A stretch of DNA of 63,259 nucleotides, filler included, from Rhabdomonas costata (GCA_019059605.1; 33 parts of 33 records of this genome joined end to end with filler, not necessarily neighbours in it), one strand, 5' to 3'; positions 1 through 13,003 are shown, counted from the whole stretch's first letter. A program made the numbers and translations. Notes: a model not told the origin generated them from the sequence alone.

Positions 1-459
1 GTGTGTTGTGTGCCCAACATGACGTGTTCCCAGATGACGGGCAGGGTCAGTGGGTGCGGGTCTGCTGATGCGTTTCACTCTTTACCTATCTCCTGGATGT
101 TGGAGGTGGGCAATGGCGGAAGTCACCTTCAGTGTTTCGTTGTTGTTTTTTGTCATCCATGGATAATCCTCGATGAAAGTGTGCGAAATATCCAGGAAGT
201 TTGGATGAGAGAGAAGGAGAGCATCAGTTTCCGGGAATGGTGGGTTTCCGAAACAGGAGTAATGCTGGGTGCGAATTGTGCGCCAAGCCGGTGTTGCCGG
301 CGTGGTTTTCTGTGAAAAACAGAGGATTTCTGCCTCTCTTTATGCTCATTGGGTGCTCTTATGGTGTCAGATACATCGGGGATGTGATTCGGCAGCTGCT
401 GTGCTCGCCGTCTTTCATCACCGTTGATACCTGTAACCTCTTCCTGACGTCGATCCCAG

Positions 460-1045
460 ACGAATTCTTTGGGATCACTAGCGAGCAGATCTCCGTGGTA
501 GACACCAGCCTGGCCAACGGGTCGTGGGGCCCTGCGCACTGGAAGCTTGCCGGGGCGGCCGCCGGGGCAGAGGGCGGGGCGGAGGCGAGCCCAAACCACC
601 CCTCCAGCAACCCCCCTCCAACCTTTGGGCTGCTGTTTGAGTACCTCCTGGGAAATTTAGGGTACCTCGCCCTGGGCCTGCTGCGAGCGTCGCCGGTATG
701 CTCTCACTCACTCACTCACTCACTCGTTCGCTAACTAACCAACACGATTGGCCGGAGAGGAAGGAAAAGCCGCAGTTGGTACAGCTTCTACGGTTTGTAC
801 GGTTGGTACAGCTTCTATGGTATGCAACGGCCCACCACCACTACGACTGGCCTGCGCTTCATTCGGCCATTCGTCCGTCACCATCAAAGAAATCAGGGAA
901 GTGGCACTCGCAGTTCTGAGAGTGAGAGTCGAGAACGCGGCCAAGGCAACGGAGTCCATTTTCTAACACCCGAGATCACTCTCCGCAGAAGCAGTGGCGC
1001 TCACACCAGCAACTCGTCATCGGCAAGGAAGGGCGCCTGCCATAG
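460..1045 (+). CDS. Hypothetical protein, last two exons (460-695, 989-1045)
   Basis: cccag|AC...CCG|gtatgc and ccgcag|AAG...TAG join in phase; exon 1 has GC3-rich codons. No family recognised. Confidence 0.45.
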
Positions 1046-1821
1046 GACGACGGCGACGACGATGACGACTCCCTGGGCCTGAACCCGGCTTCCCGAGGCC
1101 ACGTGCCCACCTTTCCTCCATACATCTACGTCGCTCCAGTGTCCCACGCGCCCGTGGAGCCTCGGGACCGCGTCTACGTGCTCGCCATTGAGCAGCCGTG
1201 AGTTGTCGAGCAGGTGGCTTCGCTTCCCGCATTGTAATGGAGTTGCAGGGTTCAGAGTCCTTTGGCACACCGTTTCGGGGTGCTTTTCCGCGCTGCCGCT
1301 GGAGGAATCTATGTGTCGCGCGAGCGTTTCTTCTCTTTGCTGTGTTTCGCTTGTGCTGTAAGTGTACCTTGCACCTATACTGCTGTCTCGCTGCTGAGCT
1401 GCAGTGGCGTGGCTTCCTCCCAATTGCCATTGTCGCAGCTGCCCTGGCAGATGCACACAGTGCTGATTCTTCCGTCGAGCGTGATCCGATCCTGTGGAAT
1501 GGGGGGTTGTGACGGGGTGCGTTCTCCTCTTGACAGTTCAACGAGCCACTCAGAATCTGCTGCATTGTAGGCTGTCGGAACATCGGCGAATCTAGCGTCT
1601 TCGTTGCAATGCTACTGTGCCCTGCTGTATTTCCCACCCATCCACCCCCCTTTTTCTGCGTTTTGCAGGGTACGCTTTTGTTGTTTATTCTCCCCTGTAC
1701 AGTGAAAATGAGCCACGTTGGCTACCCGGGTGCGGGCCCTTCCTCTTTTGCTAATGCTTGCTTTCTAGGCTCTGCTTGATTCAGATGATTGGGGAACAGT
1801 GAAATGATCACGGCGAGTCCT

Positions 1822-1921
1822 NNNNNNNNNNNNNNNNNNNNNNNNNNNNNNNNNNNNNNNNNNNNTTAATTAATTAANNNNNNNNNNNNNNNNNNNNNNN
1901 NNNNNNNNNNNNNNNNNNNNN
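1822..1921. other. Artificial contig spacer, first of 32 identical copies
   Basis: N44 + TTAATTAATTAA (stops in all six frames) + N44 recurs about every 1.92 kb and separates similar-sized contigs. Confidence 0.99.
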
Positions 1922-2113
1922 GTCATAAAAAAGAAGGGTAGGGTAGAGATAGCGCCGGTTGTAGAACGTAAACATTCGGTTCAGGCTCTGGATCAAGTTT
2001 TCCACTTCACCTGGGTGGACGGTGTAGATGATGGCGCAACAGTGGGATGCCCGGGCCGAAGTGGTGGGGAGAAAGAGAAGGAGAAGCAGCGTGATCACGT
2101 GAACAAAGGGCAT
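1922..2113 (-). CDS. GT15 (KRE2/KTR-like) mannosyltransferase, N-terminal fragment
   Basis: Signal/anchor peptide followed by AIIYTVHPGEVENLIQSLNRMFTFYNRRYLYPTLLFYD, resembling the GT15 N-terminal motif (L..S+..+...FN..Y.YP.+F+.D). Truncated by the contig end. Confidence 0.7.
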
Positions 2114-3369
2114 TCTTTGCGCTCAAACGAAGGGATCGGAAGTCATGTAGGAAAGAGCCCTCCTGCGCGACGCGGCAGGGAAACTGTGCACCTGTACTGC
2201 AGGGACTTTTTCAAGTCACACATGACGCACAATTTCGAATCCCATCTGGCATAGCTTTGAATTTTGGTTCAGGACGGAAAATGATGCCCGCGGCGAGTGT
2301 GACGATGAGTAACTCTTGCAATGGCAGATCCGAAACTGATTCCTTGGGAACACCTGCGAATATATAGGAAGCAAACCTACATGCCCCCCCAACAGACTGC
2401 ACGTATCCCAGCAAGCTTTGTATTGCGATGGCCTCAGAGGTTGGAACATTTGCCTCCTTCGCGGGCAGCGCACGTTGCTCGCTGCTTGCGTTTTGTTTTT
2501 TCCCTTTTCTCTCTCCCTCTCTTAACGTGTAGCGCTGAGCGTATTGAGCAGAATCCACACAGCCTTTACGCAGCGCTACACCTGCGTTACGTTTCCAGCT
2601 TCACCACCAAAACCTTCTTGCCCTGCATCGTGCCTCCTTTGCCACACCCCAGACGCAGTCTCATTTATGTACAGCGATGGAGCGCAGGGTAATATGGCTC
2701 ATCTGCAGTTGCCGATTTGTGTGCTCCCACTATGAAATGTAAACAAAAGTTGCAGCTTCGGGGTGATAGCGCGCTTTATTGTGGTCAAGCTTGGAAATGT
2801 AAACATGAAGGTCTGATTTCTCAAAAGAGAAAAGGGTGAAAAATACAAAAATGAAGCTGCGAAGGAGGGAGAAAAGAGCCTCCGAAACGAGGCGGATTTT
2901 TCTTACTGTTTCTTCGGCGCTGTAAAGCAGTTCCTTCCATGCTCTTCCACTCTGCAACCCCTCCCATCCCTTCGCATTTGTGCTGCTGCAGTGACCCTTT
3001 AATACTCTTCAATAATCAAGTGAACAGGAAAAAGCGGCACATGCGGTGTTCAATTCCGTTTCCGTTAGGCAGCAAGACCTTGCTTTGTAATCGGAAAAAT
3101 CCGTTCCCCACCAAGAACTCTGGTTGCAAAAGCAAAAGCAATCCATATCAAGCACTGACTCCGCTCCGAGGAGAGGTTCGCTTAGTCACGCTGCAGGGAA
3201 TTGCGCGTCCAATGAGTGTGACCAGTAAAACTATTCTCATACCACGGTCATATCATAGAGTGTTTCATCGTCTAAATACAATTATAGCAAGATTAGTGGA
3301 TGAGCAGCAACGTAAAAACAGCAGGTTGTCCGCCAACTTCGATCCTATCAAATCACTCTGGAGTCCGCG

Positions 3370-3742
3370 TTAATGTCCACAAGACTGACGGAAAAAGTTG
3401 TGATGGAGGTGAGCGTAGCTGAAGTTGCAGAAGTGCAGCACCTCCTTGTTCCAGTCCAGTCCGGTCATTACTTGATAATACCGCAGGGGAGAGTCCCCCC
3501 AGCGGTTTGTATGGATCCTTTTGCTCTCCAGCACACGACGCTCAAACTCCTTCAGAAGAGGATCGCGACGGAATCGTCGCATGTTCAAGAGCTCAAAGTT
3601 GGTGTACATCATGGGTGGTCCATAATCTTTGCGAGCTTCTGGGGGAGGCAGCTGGAGCTTGTTGAGAGCCGCCTTCGAGCGCCCGCTGAAGTCTTTGACG
3701 AACGACTCCACAAAGTCGATTAGCCCGACGGTCACAAAAACA
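3370..3742 (-). CDS. GT15 mannosyltransferase, C-terminal fragment of an upstream paralog
   Basis: YTNFELL...RWGDSP...HFCNFSYAH matches the GT15 C-terminal motifs SNFEI, RWGDAP and GY.H. Confidence 0.8.
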
Positions 3743-3974
3743 NNNNNNNNNNNNNNNNNNNNNNNNNNNNNNNNNNNNNNNNNNNNTTAATTAATTAANN
3801 NNNNNNNNNNNNNNNNNNNNNNNNNNNNNNNNNNNNNNNNNNGGGTTGGTTGACTTCGCTGAGATTTTCGCTATCATCAGAGGCTTCGCCCCTTCGTTCC
3901 ATCGTTTTGTTTTTGTGAGGGCACCTTGCTGCACTGCCATGACATTCTGCGCCATTGTCCTTCCATGGGGACAG

Positions 3975-4145
3975 GGTTTGCGAGAGTTCCAAGCCGGGGA
4001 TCTTCCCAGTGCCAGCCAGTGCTTCAGAAAGGCGGCCGAGATGGCTCCCGAAGACGGCCCTTCGAGACTCCTTCTCGAGCTCTGCCAAAAGGGCAAGAAG
4101 CCTGACGTGCCCTGGGATGGCGTGATCCGTTTTGAGCACAAGTAG
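3975..4145 (+). CDS. Terminal exon with the TPR-like tail typical of class III adenylate/guanylate cyclases
   Basis: ggacag|GLREFQAGDLPSASQCFRKAAEMAPEDGPSRLLLELCQKGKKPDVPWDGVIRFEHK*; the DGPS....RC...WDGV....K* ending is typical of bacterial-type cyclases. Confidence 0.7.
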   Translation, partial: GLREFQAGDLPSASQCFRKAAEMAPEDGPSRLLLELCQKGKKPDVPWDGVIRFEHK

Positions 4146-5779
4146 CGAGCGTGTTTCTGACGATTGCACCGGTTGGTTGCTTTGGTGAGCACTTCTCCTC
4201 CGCCAGTAGCGTCCCACCCGTTGCACTTTTTTCGTTCCTCCTTTTGCGGTTGTTTTCTTGATTTCCAGAGGACAAGCGCGAGGGGAGTGATTAATGTTGT
4301 TATTGGGGCAAAGGAACTTCTTTGTTCCGTGTTCCAATGCAAGTCTTCTTTCTGGTGTTGTAGCATGACTCCAGTCCATACCCCCCCCCGCCAACACAAA
4401 CAACGCCTTGCTCCTCGTCCCTGGTAATTCCACCTCTTTATTTTTCCTCCGCTTTCCTGCAGGCTCGAACCTTCCTAGGGACCGCCTGGGCATGCTTCAA
4501 GCATCCTTTCAGTCACAACCACCCTCACCTCCGACCCCGCTCCCACCCTGTCAACACCCTCTCGCGTATTGCCTCTCTTCTTCCCCGTCCCTCTCCTTTT
4601 TCTTGACTTTGTTGCATCGTGCTGAACAGCGCTTCCTCGTCCCCCTCACACCACCGTGCAGTCACAGTCCAAAGCTGCCCTGGACCTTTTAAATCCGGCA
4701 CGCGGGAATTCTCATTCGGAGATTTTGGAGATTCTGAATGCTCAGCCACAGGCACGCCTGCCGCTCACTGCGACCCGAGTGCGTTTAGTTCTCACCTCCC
4801 TCTCTGTCCTCCTTAGAGGAGGCTTGCCATAGTTTGAGTTTCAATCGTTTTCACCCAGATATGCAGCTTTTGGAAGTGTCACGGTAATACACCATACAGT
4901 GCTGATTTGCTGTGTGCGTGACAGAGGATTGGTTATTTCCCCTCTTGCGGAATCTCTGCCACCTTTTTCTTGTCCAGCCGATTTCGGCCCCCAAAACCCA
5001 AATTTTCCGCTGTGCATCCCTTGCCTTTCAGTGTGCTGTTTGCTGTGCTACATGCCGTGCTCGTTGCCAAGACCGATAAGATGTTCATGTGATGCGATGG
5101 GGTGTGCTGTTGATCGGGGAGGTTGCCGCTGTTGGGAAGATACGCATTCATGGGCCATCTCGCTCCCACACAGTCCCTGGATATATCCGCATATGGCATA
5201 TTGCATACATTGATACAGACTCAATGAGCGTGCGGATCGAAGTGGCACATGCCTACGGTGCCTACGCCCTTTACTTACCCATTCTGTTCAATATTGTTGC
5301 CATGGATGGGCTCCGCCAATGCGTACCCACTCTTGGGGCTTTTTCCTGTCAGTGTTTTTGTTGCGCCACTGTCGAAGATGCCCAGAGAGGTGCAGACCGC
5401 GAAAAGGTGCTATTTTCTCCGTCGCCCTCATTTTGCGCGTTAGTGTTGCGAGTTGACCAAACTTGTTCCGAAGTCTTCTGCACTCATTCTGCTGCACAAC
5501 GACGTGTGCTCTTTTGCAGTCCGTCGATTCCGCCATGAAGAAAAGAAATTTAACTATGAACACGAGAAAGCCGAAACTGACAGGATGCTCAGAAAAATGC
5601 AAGTTTACAAGAAAGGAAAAGAAAAGAAGTGCAAGTAGAGAAAAGGAAGAGGCCCACCACACCNNNNNNNNNNNNNNNNNNNNNNNNNNNNNNNNNNNNN
5701 NNNNNNNTTAATTAATTAANNNNNNNNNNNNNNNNNNNNNNNNNNNNNNNNNNNNNNNNNNNNGGGGGTGTGTGTGAAC

Positions 5780-7410
5780 CTCGTACAGAGTGACGATGCA
5801 GCTGTGACGGATCTTCTTCATGATGGCGACCTCTTGGTAGACGCTTTGGAGGGCGTTGGAGTTGCCTTTGCGGACCCGCCCCAGCATGGACTTGTTCAGG
5901 ATTTTCAACGCGAAGAGCTTGTCCGTGCCGTTCTGAACAACCATTTTGACTTTCCCGTAGGATCCTGGACAAAATTCAGCAAAGCCACTAGGTCCTCCAA
6001 GTGCACAATGCACAGATGATCTAATTTAGGCTTTCAGGATAAACTTCCGGAGGTTGCCCGCACCCCTCCCCCTCCCCACCTCTCTTTTGGTGAGGTGAGG
6101 AGTGCAGCGGCCCGGACGGGATAGGAGACACACTTCGCTTCAATAGAAACATCGGCAATCGTTGACAAGTGACACAAACATCGCCTTACCAGCTCGACAG
6201 ACACAATTCTGTTGATGTGTGTGTGTCTGTGCATGCGTGTGCGCGCGCGACTCGCGCATACGGTATGTGGCACTGACACCTTTTGCGATGTCTCTGAGGA
6301 TGGAGTAGTCGTTGATGGTTTTGTTGCCCTCCTCGTCCTCCCCGCGGGCGAGCCTGGCGCATTCCTTCACCGGGGGCAGCTCCATAGCGTCCGCTGACCC
6401 GCCCTCCTCAACCGCCAGAGAGCCCCCCAAGGGCGTAGTAGTGGCCGAGGCGATCGAGGACATGCCGCACACGGAGTCCGGACCGGTCTCGAACTCAGCA
6501 GGCGGCCTTGCGTGGCTGGGAGTTCCCTGCACAGGGCCCTTGAACTGCGTCAGCGTGGCCACCAGGGCGAAGGCCGAGATCAGCTGCGAGGCTGCGCCCT
6601 GTCCAGGAATCGTTCATCATCCCTCATCCCTCATATCATGTCCACCACCACCACCATCACCATCAACCAATCATATCCAACCATCACCGCTGCTACCGTC
6701 CAGCAGCTGCAAAAGTGCTTCAATACCATGTTTGAACGTTTGAGTCTGTCTGTCTGACCTCTTGCTATCGAAAGACCGGGACCTGGGCCCGGCATACCCC
6801 GGTTCACCAATTCTTCCAGTTGGCAGCGCCGATATACGCGGTTCGGCGTCGCTCCAGATCACCGCCGGTGAACCCATTCACGGTAATTTACCGGTTATCG
6901 GTTAAACATACTACAGGATGCCAGCGAAATGAAGGGGAATAAGAAGACTGGAAAAGAAAATGCACAGAAGGAGAGCCATTTTCGGAGGGCCTGCAGGACC
7001 CCAAACCAAGGAGCTCGACGACGAGAACAGCAACCGCAACCACCATATCAACAAGCGTCACATATATGATGAGGATATTACAACGATAAGTACAAAGAAG
7101 ACAAAGGATGCACCCGGCAGTGCAGCCGCCATGCGGGATTGGTCACCCCTGGGGCCGCCATCAAGGCCAGGCTATCCGTGTACAGGGCCTGGAAGTCCCC
7201 GATGCACCCCCGCACGGCTTCGGTGCAGGGCAGTTTGGGGAAGGCGGGCTCCCCACCGGGGGGCACGAGGCTTCCCACGGTGAGCTTCAGCAGGCTGAGC
7301 ACCAGCGACGCCGCGGACTCCAGCGCGGCGCACTGCGCCGTGAGCTGGGTCAGTGCCGTGGTCTCGTCGAGGAGGGAGCCCATGCTGGCAGATGCGGGAC
7401 CCACTTCCAT
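5780..7410 (-). CDS. CaMKK-like Ser/Thr kinase, 5' part (exons 7410-7114, 6598-6280, 5964-5780)
   Basis: GT-AG introns join in frame to give EDEEGNKTINDYSILRDIAKGSYGKVK...FALKILNKS...QEVAIMKKIRHSCIVTLYE (kinase subdomains I-IV, CaMKK-like). Confidence 0.88.
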
Positions 7411-9757
7411 TTCCGGCGGAAGGGGAATATCACAAAGTACCCTTGGACTGAGCCCCCGCCCTCTGATAGGCAGCCTGAGGTTGGCGGAAGCTTGGGATTC
7501 GGGGAGGAAGGATGAGATGAACGGGATGTGCAAAAGGGGCACGGGGGCAAAACTTGCGAATCAAACTTTAGAATACCACAAAACNNNNNNNNNNNNNNNN
7601 NNNNNNNNNNNNNNNNNNNNNNNNNNNNTTAATTAATTAANNNNNNNNNNNNNNNNNNNNNNNNNNNNNNNNNNNNNNNNNNNNGTTTTGGGGTGTTGGG
7701 CGTAGGATTTACACGGGTATTGGGGTGGGGATGCTTTACGGCGTGGGTTGGGTGCCTCTTGCGTTCGGTGATCTGGTGTCGGGTTCGGCCTTCTGTCTCG
7801 GGTTCGGGGTTCGGTGTGCTGACTTCAGGTAGCGGTGCCTGTCGTCGTGGGTTTCGGCATTCGGGTTCGGGCGTCCGAGGTCGAGTTACGGGTTCGCTTT
7901 TCTGGACATGACGGTAGGACCGGGGCTCGGGCGAAAATTCAGCCCTCAGTGATACGAAACACAGAACCCACCATACCAACAACACACGACACGGGAGGCA
8001 AAAAACGCAACACATAAACCCACGCGAAAATTCCGCGCGATTGTCATGATCTACCCACCCATCATCGCCATGGTAAGAGTCAAGTATACCGCTACCAAGA
8101 CCGCTGCTGTGGTGATTCTTGCTGGTGATGACGACGGTGAGGGTGACTCTACTATCATGGTGTATGAAGTGTAGGGATTCTGATGCCCTCTACTACCAAC
8201 ATCATGACCTCCGCTACTAACCCCAATGTACCCCCCACCACTACCGGCCGAGGGTGAAAGGACAGAAAACTCTGAACTCCTTTGCGAGCGAACCCCCTCC
8301 GCATGTTGCGGGGGAAACCCGCAGTTCCCACGTAAATGGGAAGCCGAGCACTTTCTGTCTTGAACAGTGGTGCGCCGGCGGCGCTTCGCAGGGTGAGGTG
8401 CAGGGCGTACGAACTGGACAACCTGCAGCCGACGCCAGCTTTGGCAACCTTTCTGTTGACTAACTTGTGCATTAATAATAATACCTTCACTTCTGATATA
8501 AGTAGTGACTTTTTAACTGGTCCTGGCTCGCTGCATCACTTCACCATTCTCCCAAACCGCAAACACCAAACCGTGAGTCATGTTATTCATGTTTGCGAGT
8601 TCACCACGCAGGTGCAGTATGGCTGCGTCATATACCTTTGTACTCTTTTCAAAGTTCACCGAGGTTTCAATTTTCAGTTTCAGCGCTTTTGCCGTGTGAA
8701 CGAGGGCCTCGGTCTTTTGTACAGTATTTACTGCAGTCCTCCTCTTGCCAGTAATTGGGACAGGTGATTTTCACCACTGACATTGACCGTTTGTATATTC
8801 TCCCCATGGCTAAATTATAACTATAAAACAACAGATACCATACCACGAGCCATTTGAGTAAGACAGCGAAAAAGACATCAGCTTTGCTGTTGCTGTTGCC
8901 GTCAATGGGGAAAAAGGACAAAAAGCCCGCGAATGGTGGGAAGTCAAAGGCTGAAAAACCTGGTTGGATTTTTTTTAAAAAAAATCTCATTGTATTTCCT
9001 CCAACTCAATCTCATGGAAACCTTCAGAAATTATGTAGAACTGAATGATAAATGGAGTGTGAATGAAGTTTTGCAGAAAGCGGAGGTACCCAACTTGTTC
9101 CGGAGGTTCCCTAGCACAATACCGCACAGTTGACGGGCTGCCGAGGCAATTTAGAACATGTGGGAATGAGTACCATCTGACCAAAGGGGGAAGCGAAAGA
9201 ATCCTGCGTGCTTATGAAAGTGCTGCGAAGGAAGACTCTAACATACAAAAAACATGTCAGTATCTATAGAAAGGTGGATCCCAGGTCGTCCACCCTGTGG
9301 CCGCCTTGCCACCAGCGAGAACGTTCTCTAATTCCCCACGCAATAATCAACCAAATGGACGTGTCGGCCGACAGGAACGGGGACCACAGATCACCCAGAG
9401 CCTCGCAGGAATGGCAAACGAGACAGAGAAGCGACAGGACGCGCACTTAGAAAAGGGGGGGGGGGACGAAGTCTGAGCCACACACAACCAACCACACCCA
9501 CCACANNNNNNNNNNNNNNNNNNNNNNNNNNNNNNNNNNNNNNNNNNNNTTAATTAATTAANNNNNNNNNNNNNNNNNNNNNNNNNNNNNNNNNNNNNNN
9601 NNNNNGGTTGTTGGGTTTGGACTTTATGTGGGTGCTTCTGTTAGGGGTGTTTGGTATGGGATTCTGTGTTTCTGCCTTTGATTTGTTTACGCGTGAGTGT
9701 TCTTGTATTTGAGTGTTCGGAGTTATGGTCATGTATCTGAGTCTTATGGTAGGGTCT

Positions 9758-9846
9758 GGAGTTGGAGTTGGAGTTGTAGCTGGAGTTGGAGTTGGAGTTG
9801 GAGTTGGAGTTGGAGTTGAGTTGGAGTTGGAGTTGGAGTTGGAGTT
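9758..9846 (+). repeat. (GGAGTT)n hexamer microsatellite inside a G/T-skewed tract (9606-10215)
   Basis: Near-perfect hexamer array visible in the sequence. Confidence 0.95.
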
Positions 9847-11149
9847 GGCATGGTGTGTGGAGGTGTTTGTGTCAGAGGTTGGGTGTGGGATTTGCTTCGG
9901 AAGGTGGACATGGGTTGGAGGGTCTGATGTTTTGTTCATGAGTGGGATTTGGAGTTTGAGGTGTAGATAATGAGTTGTGTTCGTGAGTGCGTGGGGTGTT
10001 TGATGCGTTGGTTGGAAGGTGAGAGTTGAATGGTGTGCGCATTGATGGTGGATGGTCCGTTCCGTGAGGATAGTGGAGTGTGGATGGTTTGGGTGTAGGG
10101 GTTTGGATTCTGCGGGTCTGCGTGTTGAGGATTGTGATTGATGGTGTCGAGTCTGTGGTTTGGATGGTGGATGGGAGGGTGAGCTGGAGGGTGTGGGTCG
10201 TGAGTGTGTGTGATATCACAGATACACAAAACAATGGGAGTAGGTTAATCAAAACAAACCCGTACTGCACAGGCTGTAATGGATATGACACCAGACCATA
10301 CGGTAATTAACACACGTAGAGACTGAATGGCAACAATGATCACTTGATAAGGATGCGGTCAGAAGCTTTTCACACAAACAACACGGATCTTGTATGGGTT
10401 TAGCTGGCTATGAAAGCGCGGGTGGGGTGTTCAGGGGTGCCGAGCCACACCAGAACAACATACACTGTACTTGCTCATATCTTCATACTTTATATTGATG
10501 ACATCACACACACCTTGCCATCTATTGCACCGAGGAATTGGTAACACATTATTTCGTTTTTCTGAATGATTAGCTCCTATGCACTTCTCACACGACTTCG
10601 GTTCCTTCAGTATTCCTACTGTATGCGAGTATTTGATTAGAGTTTCTTCTTCCATTGACGCGATGTCAACCAGATAACAGTCTTTTGCGGTTATTTTCTC
10701 CTTCCTTTTGATTTGAAAGATGGTGTACTGGTACAACTTCACTTTCTTTTGCCTTTCCACAGGAAATATCACTCCTATCCGCTTTACAGAAAGAAACAGT
10801 ATGTCAAAAAAAGCTTGCGTCCGTAAAATACACCGACATTTCTACCAAATAACCGAATAAGAAACAAATGATGAACAGCCAAACTCGAGAATAAAGGCCA
10901 TTTTTTAGTGTGTGTTTAAAATGGTGAATAATAAAAATGACAAGATGGATTTATTTTTTATCAATTGTATCCTATTTTCAGGCACAAGAGTGCACGAAAA
11001 AATAGTGCAACACAAAAACAAACACTTTACAAAACATTCATGGAAAATAGGCTCGCGGCACTGCGGCACAGAAAAAATAGTTTGTGAAGTTCGGAAAAAC
11101 AAACAAGTTACAGGAAGTAAAGCGGGAGATATAGCAGGTGTGAACTAAG

Positions 11150-11425
11150 CATTGCTTTTGCGACACCCACCTACACTAGGCACCAAAAGTCCGAGTACGC
11201 CAGAAACAGCTTCCGCATGAATCCCGAGGAGGACGGGGTCCACACCATCATGTGGTTTCACCGGCCACCAAGGCGAAGCGCACGCCGGCCCTGTGGCAGC
11301 GGACGAGATACTGCTCGTCCTTCTGTTGATCTCGGCTAGCGGTCACTGCACCAAAGTACTTACCAAAGTTTTCCTGCAGCTGCAGTGGATGCACCACGGA
11401 TGCGTCACGGCCATGTCCACCCAAC
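11150..11425 (-). mobile_element. Decayed restriction-like endonuclease (RLE) domain of a non-LTR retrotransposon (CRE/SLACS/R2-type)
   Basis: One frame reads DASVVHPLQ...RDQQKDEQYLVRCHRAGVRFALVAGETT*WCGP, matching D.TV.HP...K...Y...F.P+..ET.G.WG. A TGA replaces the conserved Gly. Confidence 0.65.
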
Positions 11426-12191
11426 NNNNNNNNNNNNNNNNNNNNNNNNNNNNNNNNNNNNNNNNNNNNTTAATTAATTAANNNNNNNNNNNNNNNNNNN
11501 NNNNNNNNNNNNNNNNNNNNNNNNNGTGTTGGGTGTGTGTGGGGTGGGTTTGTGCGGGCGACCAGCTCCCGAAACTGTCTGACAAGGGGTGTTTCGGGTT
11601 CGATACAGGCGTCAGTTTTCGGTTCCCGAGGAAGCCCCTTGCTCTCTATTGCCCATTTTCCAATCTTGTGTTTCTATCTAGGATTTGAGATATCCTCCCT
11701 TTCCTCCCCCCGGCCCTGTCTGAACTGCATTCTCCGACTGATCTGGGTTGGCGCACAGTCTTCCCTCCTGCTTTGACCCGGTCAGGGATCAACGCTTTCG
11801 GTATGAAAGCGGAGTTCCCGCAGCTGGTACCCTTTGTCTTCGCAGCTTGTAATGGCACATTGGTCTGCTGTCCTTTTCCTTTTGTCTCCTACCTTGCAAA
11901 ACAAAACAAAGGTGGCGCACTGGAATGCCGCCCGCCGGAGCGGCACCGCCCGCATTCAGGTGTGGCAATGAGAGGGGGAACGGAGTCGGTATCCCAAAGC
12001 ATCAGTTGAAAAATTAGGGGGGGGGATCTGCGGAAAACCAATTCGTCTGCAGGCTGTTGTGGCAGGGGGGTAGAGTGACTACTGTGCCGGCTTTGCTTCA
12101 GTGGAATTGGTATTTGAAAGGTTTTGGGTTACCATAACCAGTGGTTGCCGCTCCTCATTTTTGCCTGCACCTCATCCTCCTCACGTTGCAG

Positions 12192-12899
12192 GCATGCCAG
12201 ACAGCTGCGAAGCTGGTCACGGCGATCGAGAAGTCCCCCTTCATGGTGGAGGTCGGGATTGCTCACGGCATGGCCTGGTACCTCTGCATCTGTGTGTGTG
12301 TTCCCTGTTTTGATCAGTTAGGGCTACCAGACCGATCTTGGGTTGGGTTTTCCCATCCCCACCACCTAAGAGAAGGCCTGCTCCCACCTCAGCCCGTCCT
12401 ACCCGTGGGCTTTCCGTGTTCCCTGTGCTGTTCCCTCTAAGGCTGTGCAGCGGACCTCAATCCTCTCCTTCCCCTTCCTCAAACGCGCTGAATTCTGGAA
12501 TGGTGCGAGATCTATTTCTTTTGCGGCTTTCCCTTCTACCGTGTGCTCGGTGTGTTCGCTGGTTTGTCTGTGAAGCACAGTTCAAGGCTAAAGTACCGCG
12601 CGCGCACACATGCGCTCCCTCGTCTCATCTCTGCCCACGCCCAGGTACACCTCGGTCGGCTGTGATGCTTTCTCGTCCATCTTGGTATGGATGTGCGTGT
12701 GCTGGTCAACTTTCTTACCTTACTCCGACAAGTGGTGTTATGATTAGTACATACAGAGCTCTGCGCTGCCTTCCCCCTTCGTAATGCGCGACGTACCATG
12801 AGCTGTGATTTGGTGGTGTACAGGTGCTGGGGCCTCTGTTGGCCCGAGGGCAGCTCCTGCAGCGCCTGTGCCCCTTCTACGGCGCATCCATCCTCGCCG
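12192..12899 (+). CDS. Exons of a divergent class III nucleotide cyclase domain
   Basis: ttgcag|ACQTAAKLVTAIEKSPFMVEVGIAHG and gtacag|VLGPLLARGQLLQRLCPFYGASILA|gtatgc resemble the +GIH.G and V+G..VN.ASRL..L...YG..IL motifs. The middle exon is unresolved. Confidence 0.5.
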
Positions 12900-13003
12900 G
12901 TATGCGTGCCTGCGTGTGTGTGTTTGTGTCTGAAGAGAAACGCGAGAAGGGGGTGAGGCCCGATGGGCCCATGCCCCATCGAGGGTGGGGAGCCCGGGAG
13001 GGA

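Noticed and set aside
1866-1877. Regularly spaced TTAATTAATTAA as a biological repeat or CRISPR-like array
   Set aside because: It is always centred in N runs, so it is an artificial linker. ORFs ending in X...LIN are artefacts.
9550-10291. Pro/Thr-rich or Gly/Val-rich ORFs
   Set aside because: These are translations of the GGAGTT repeat and the G/T-skewed tract.
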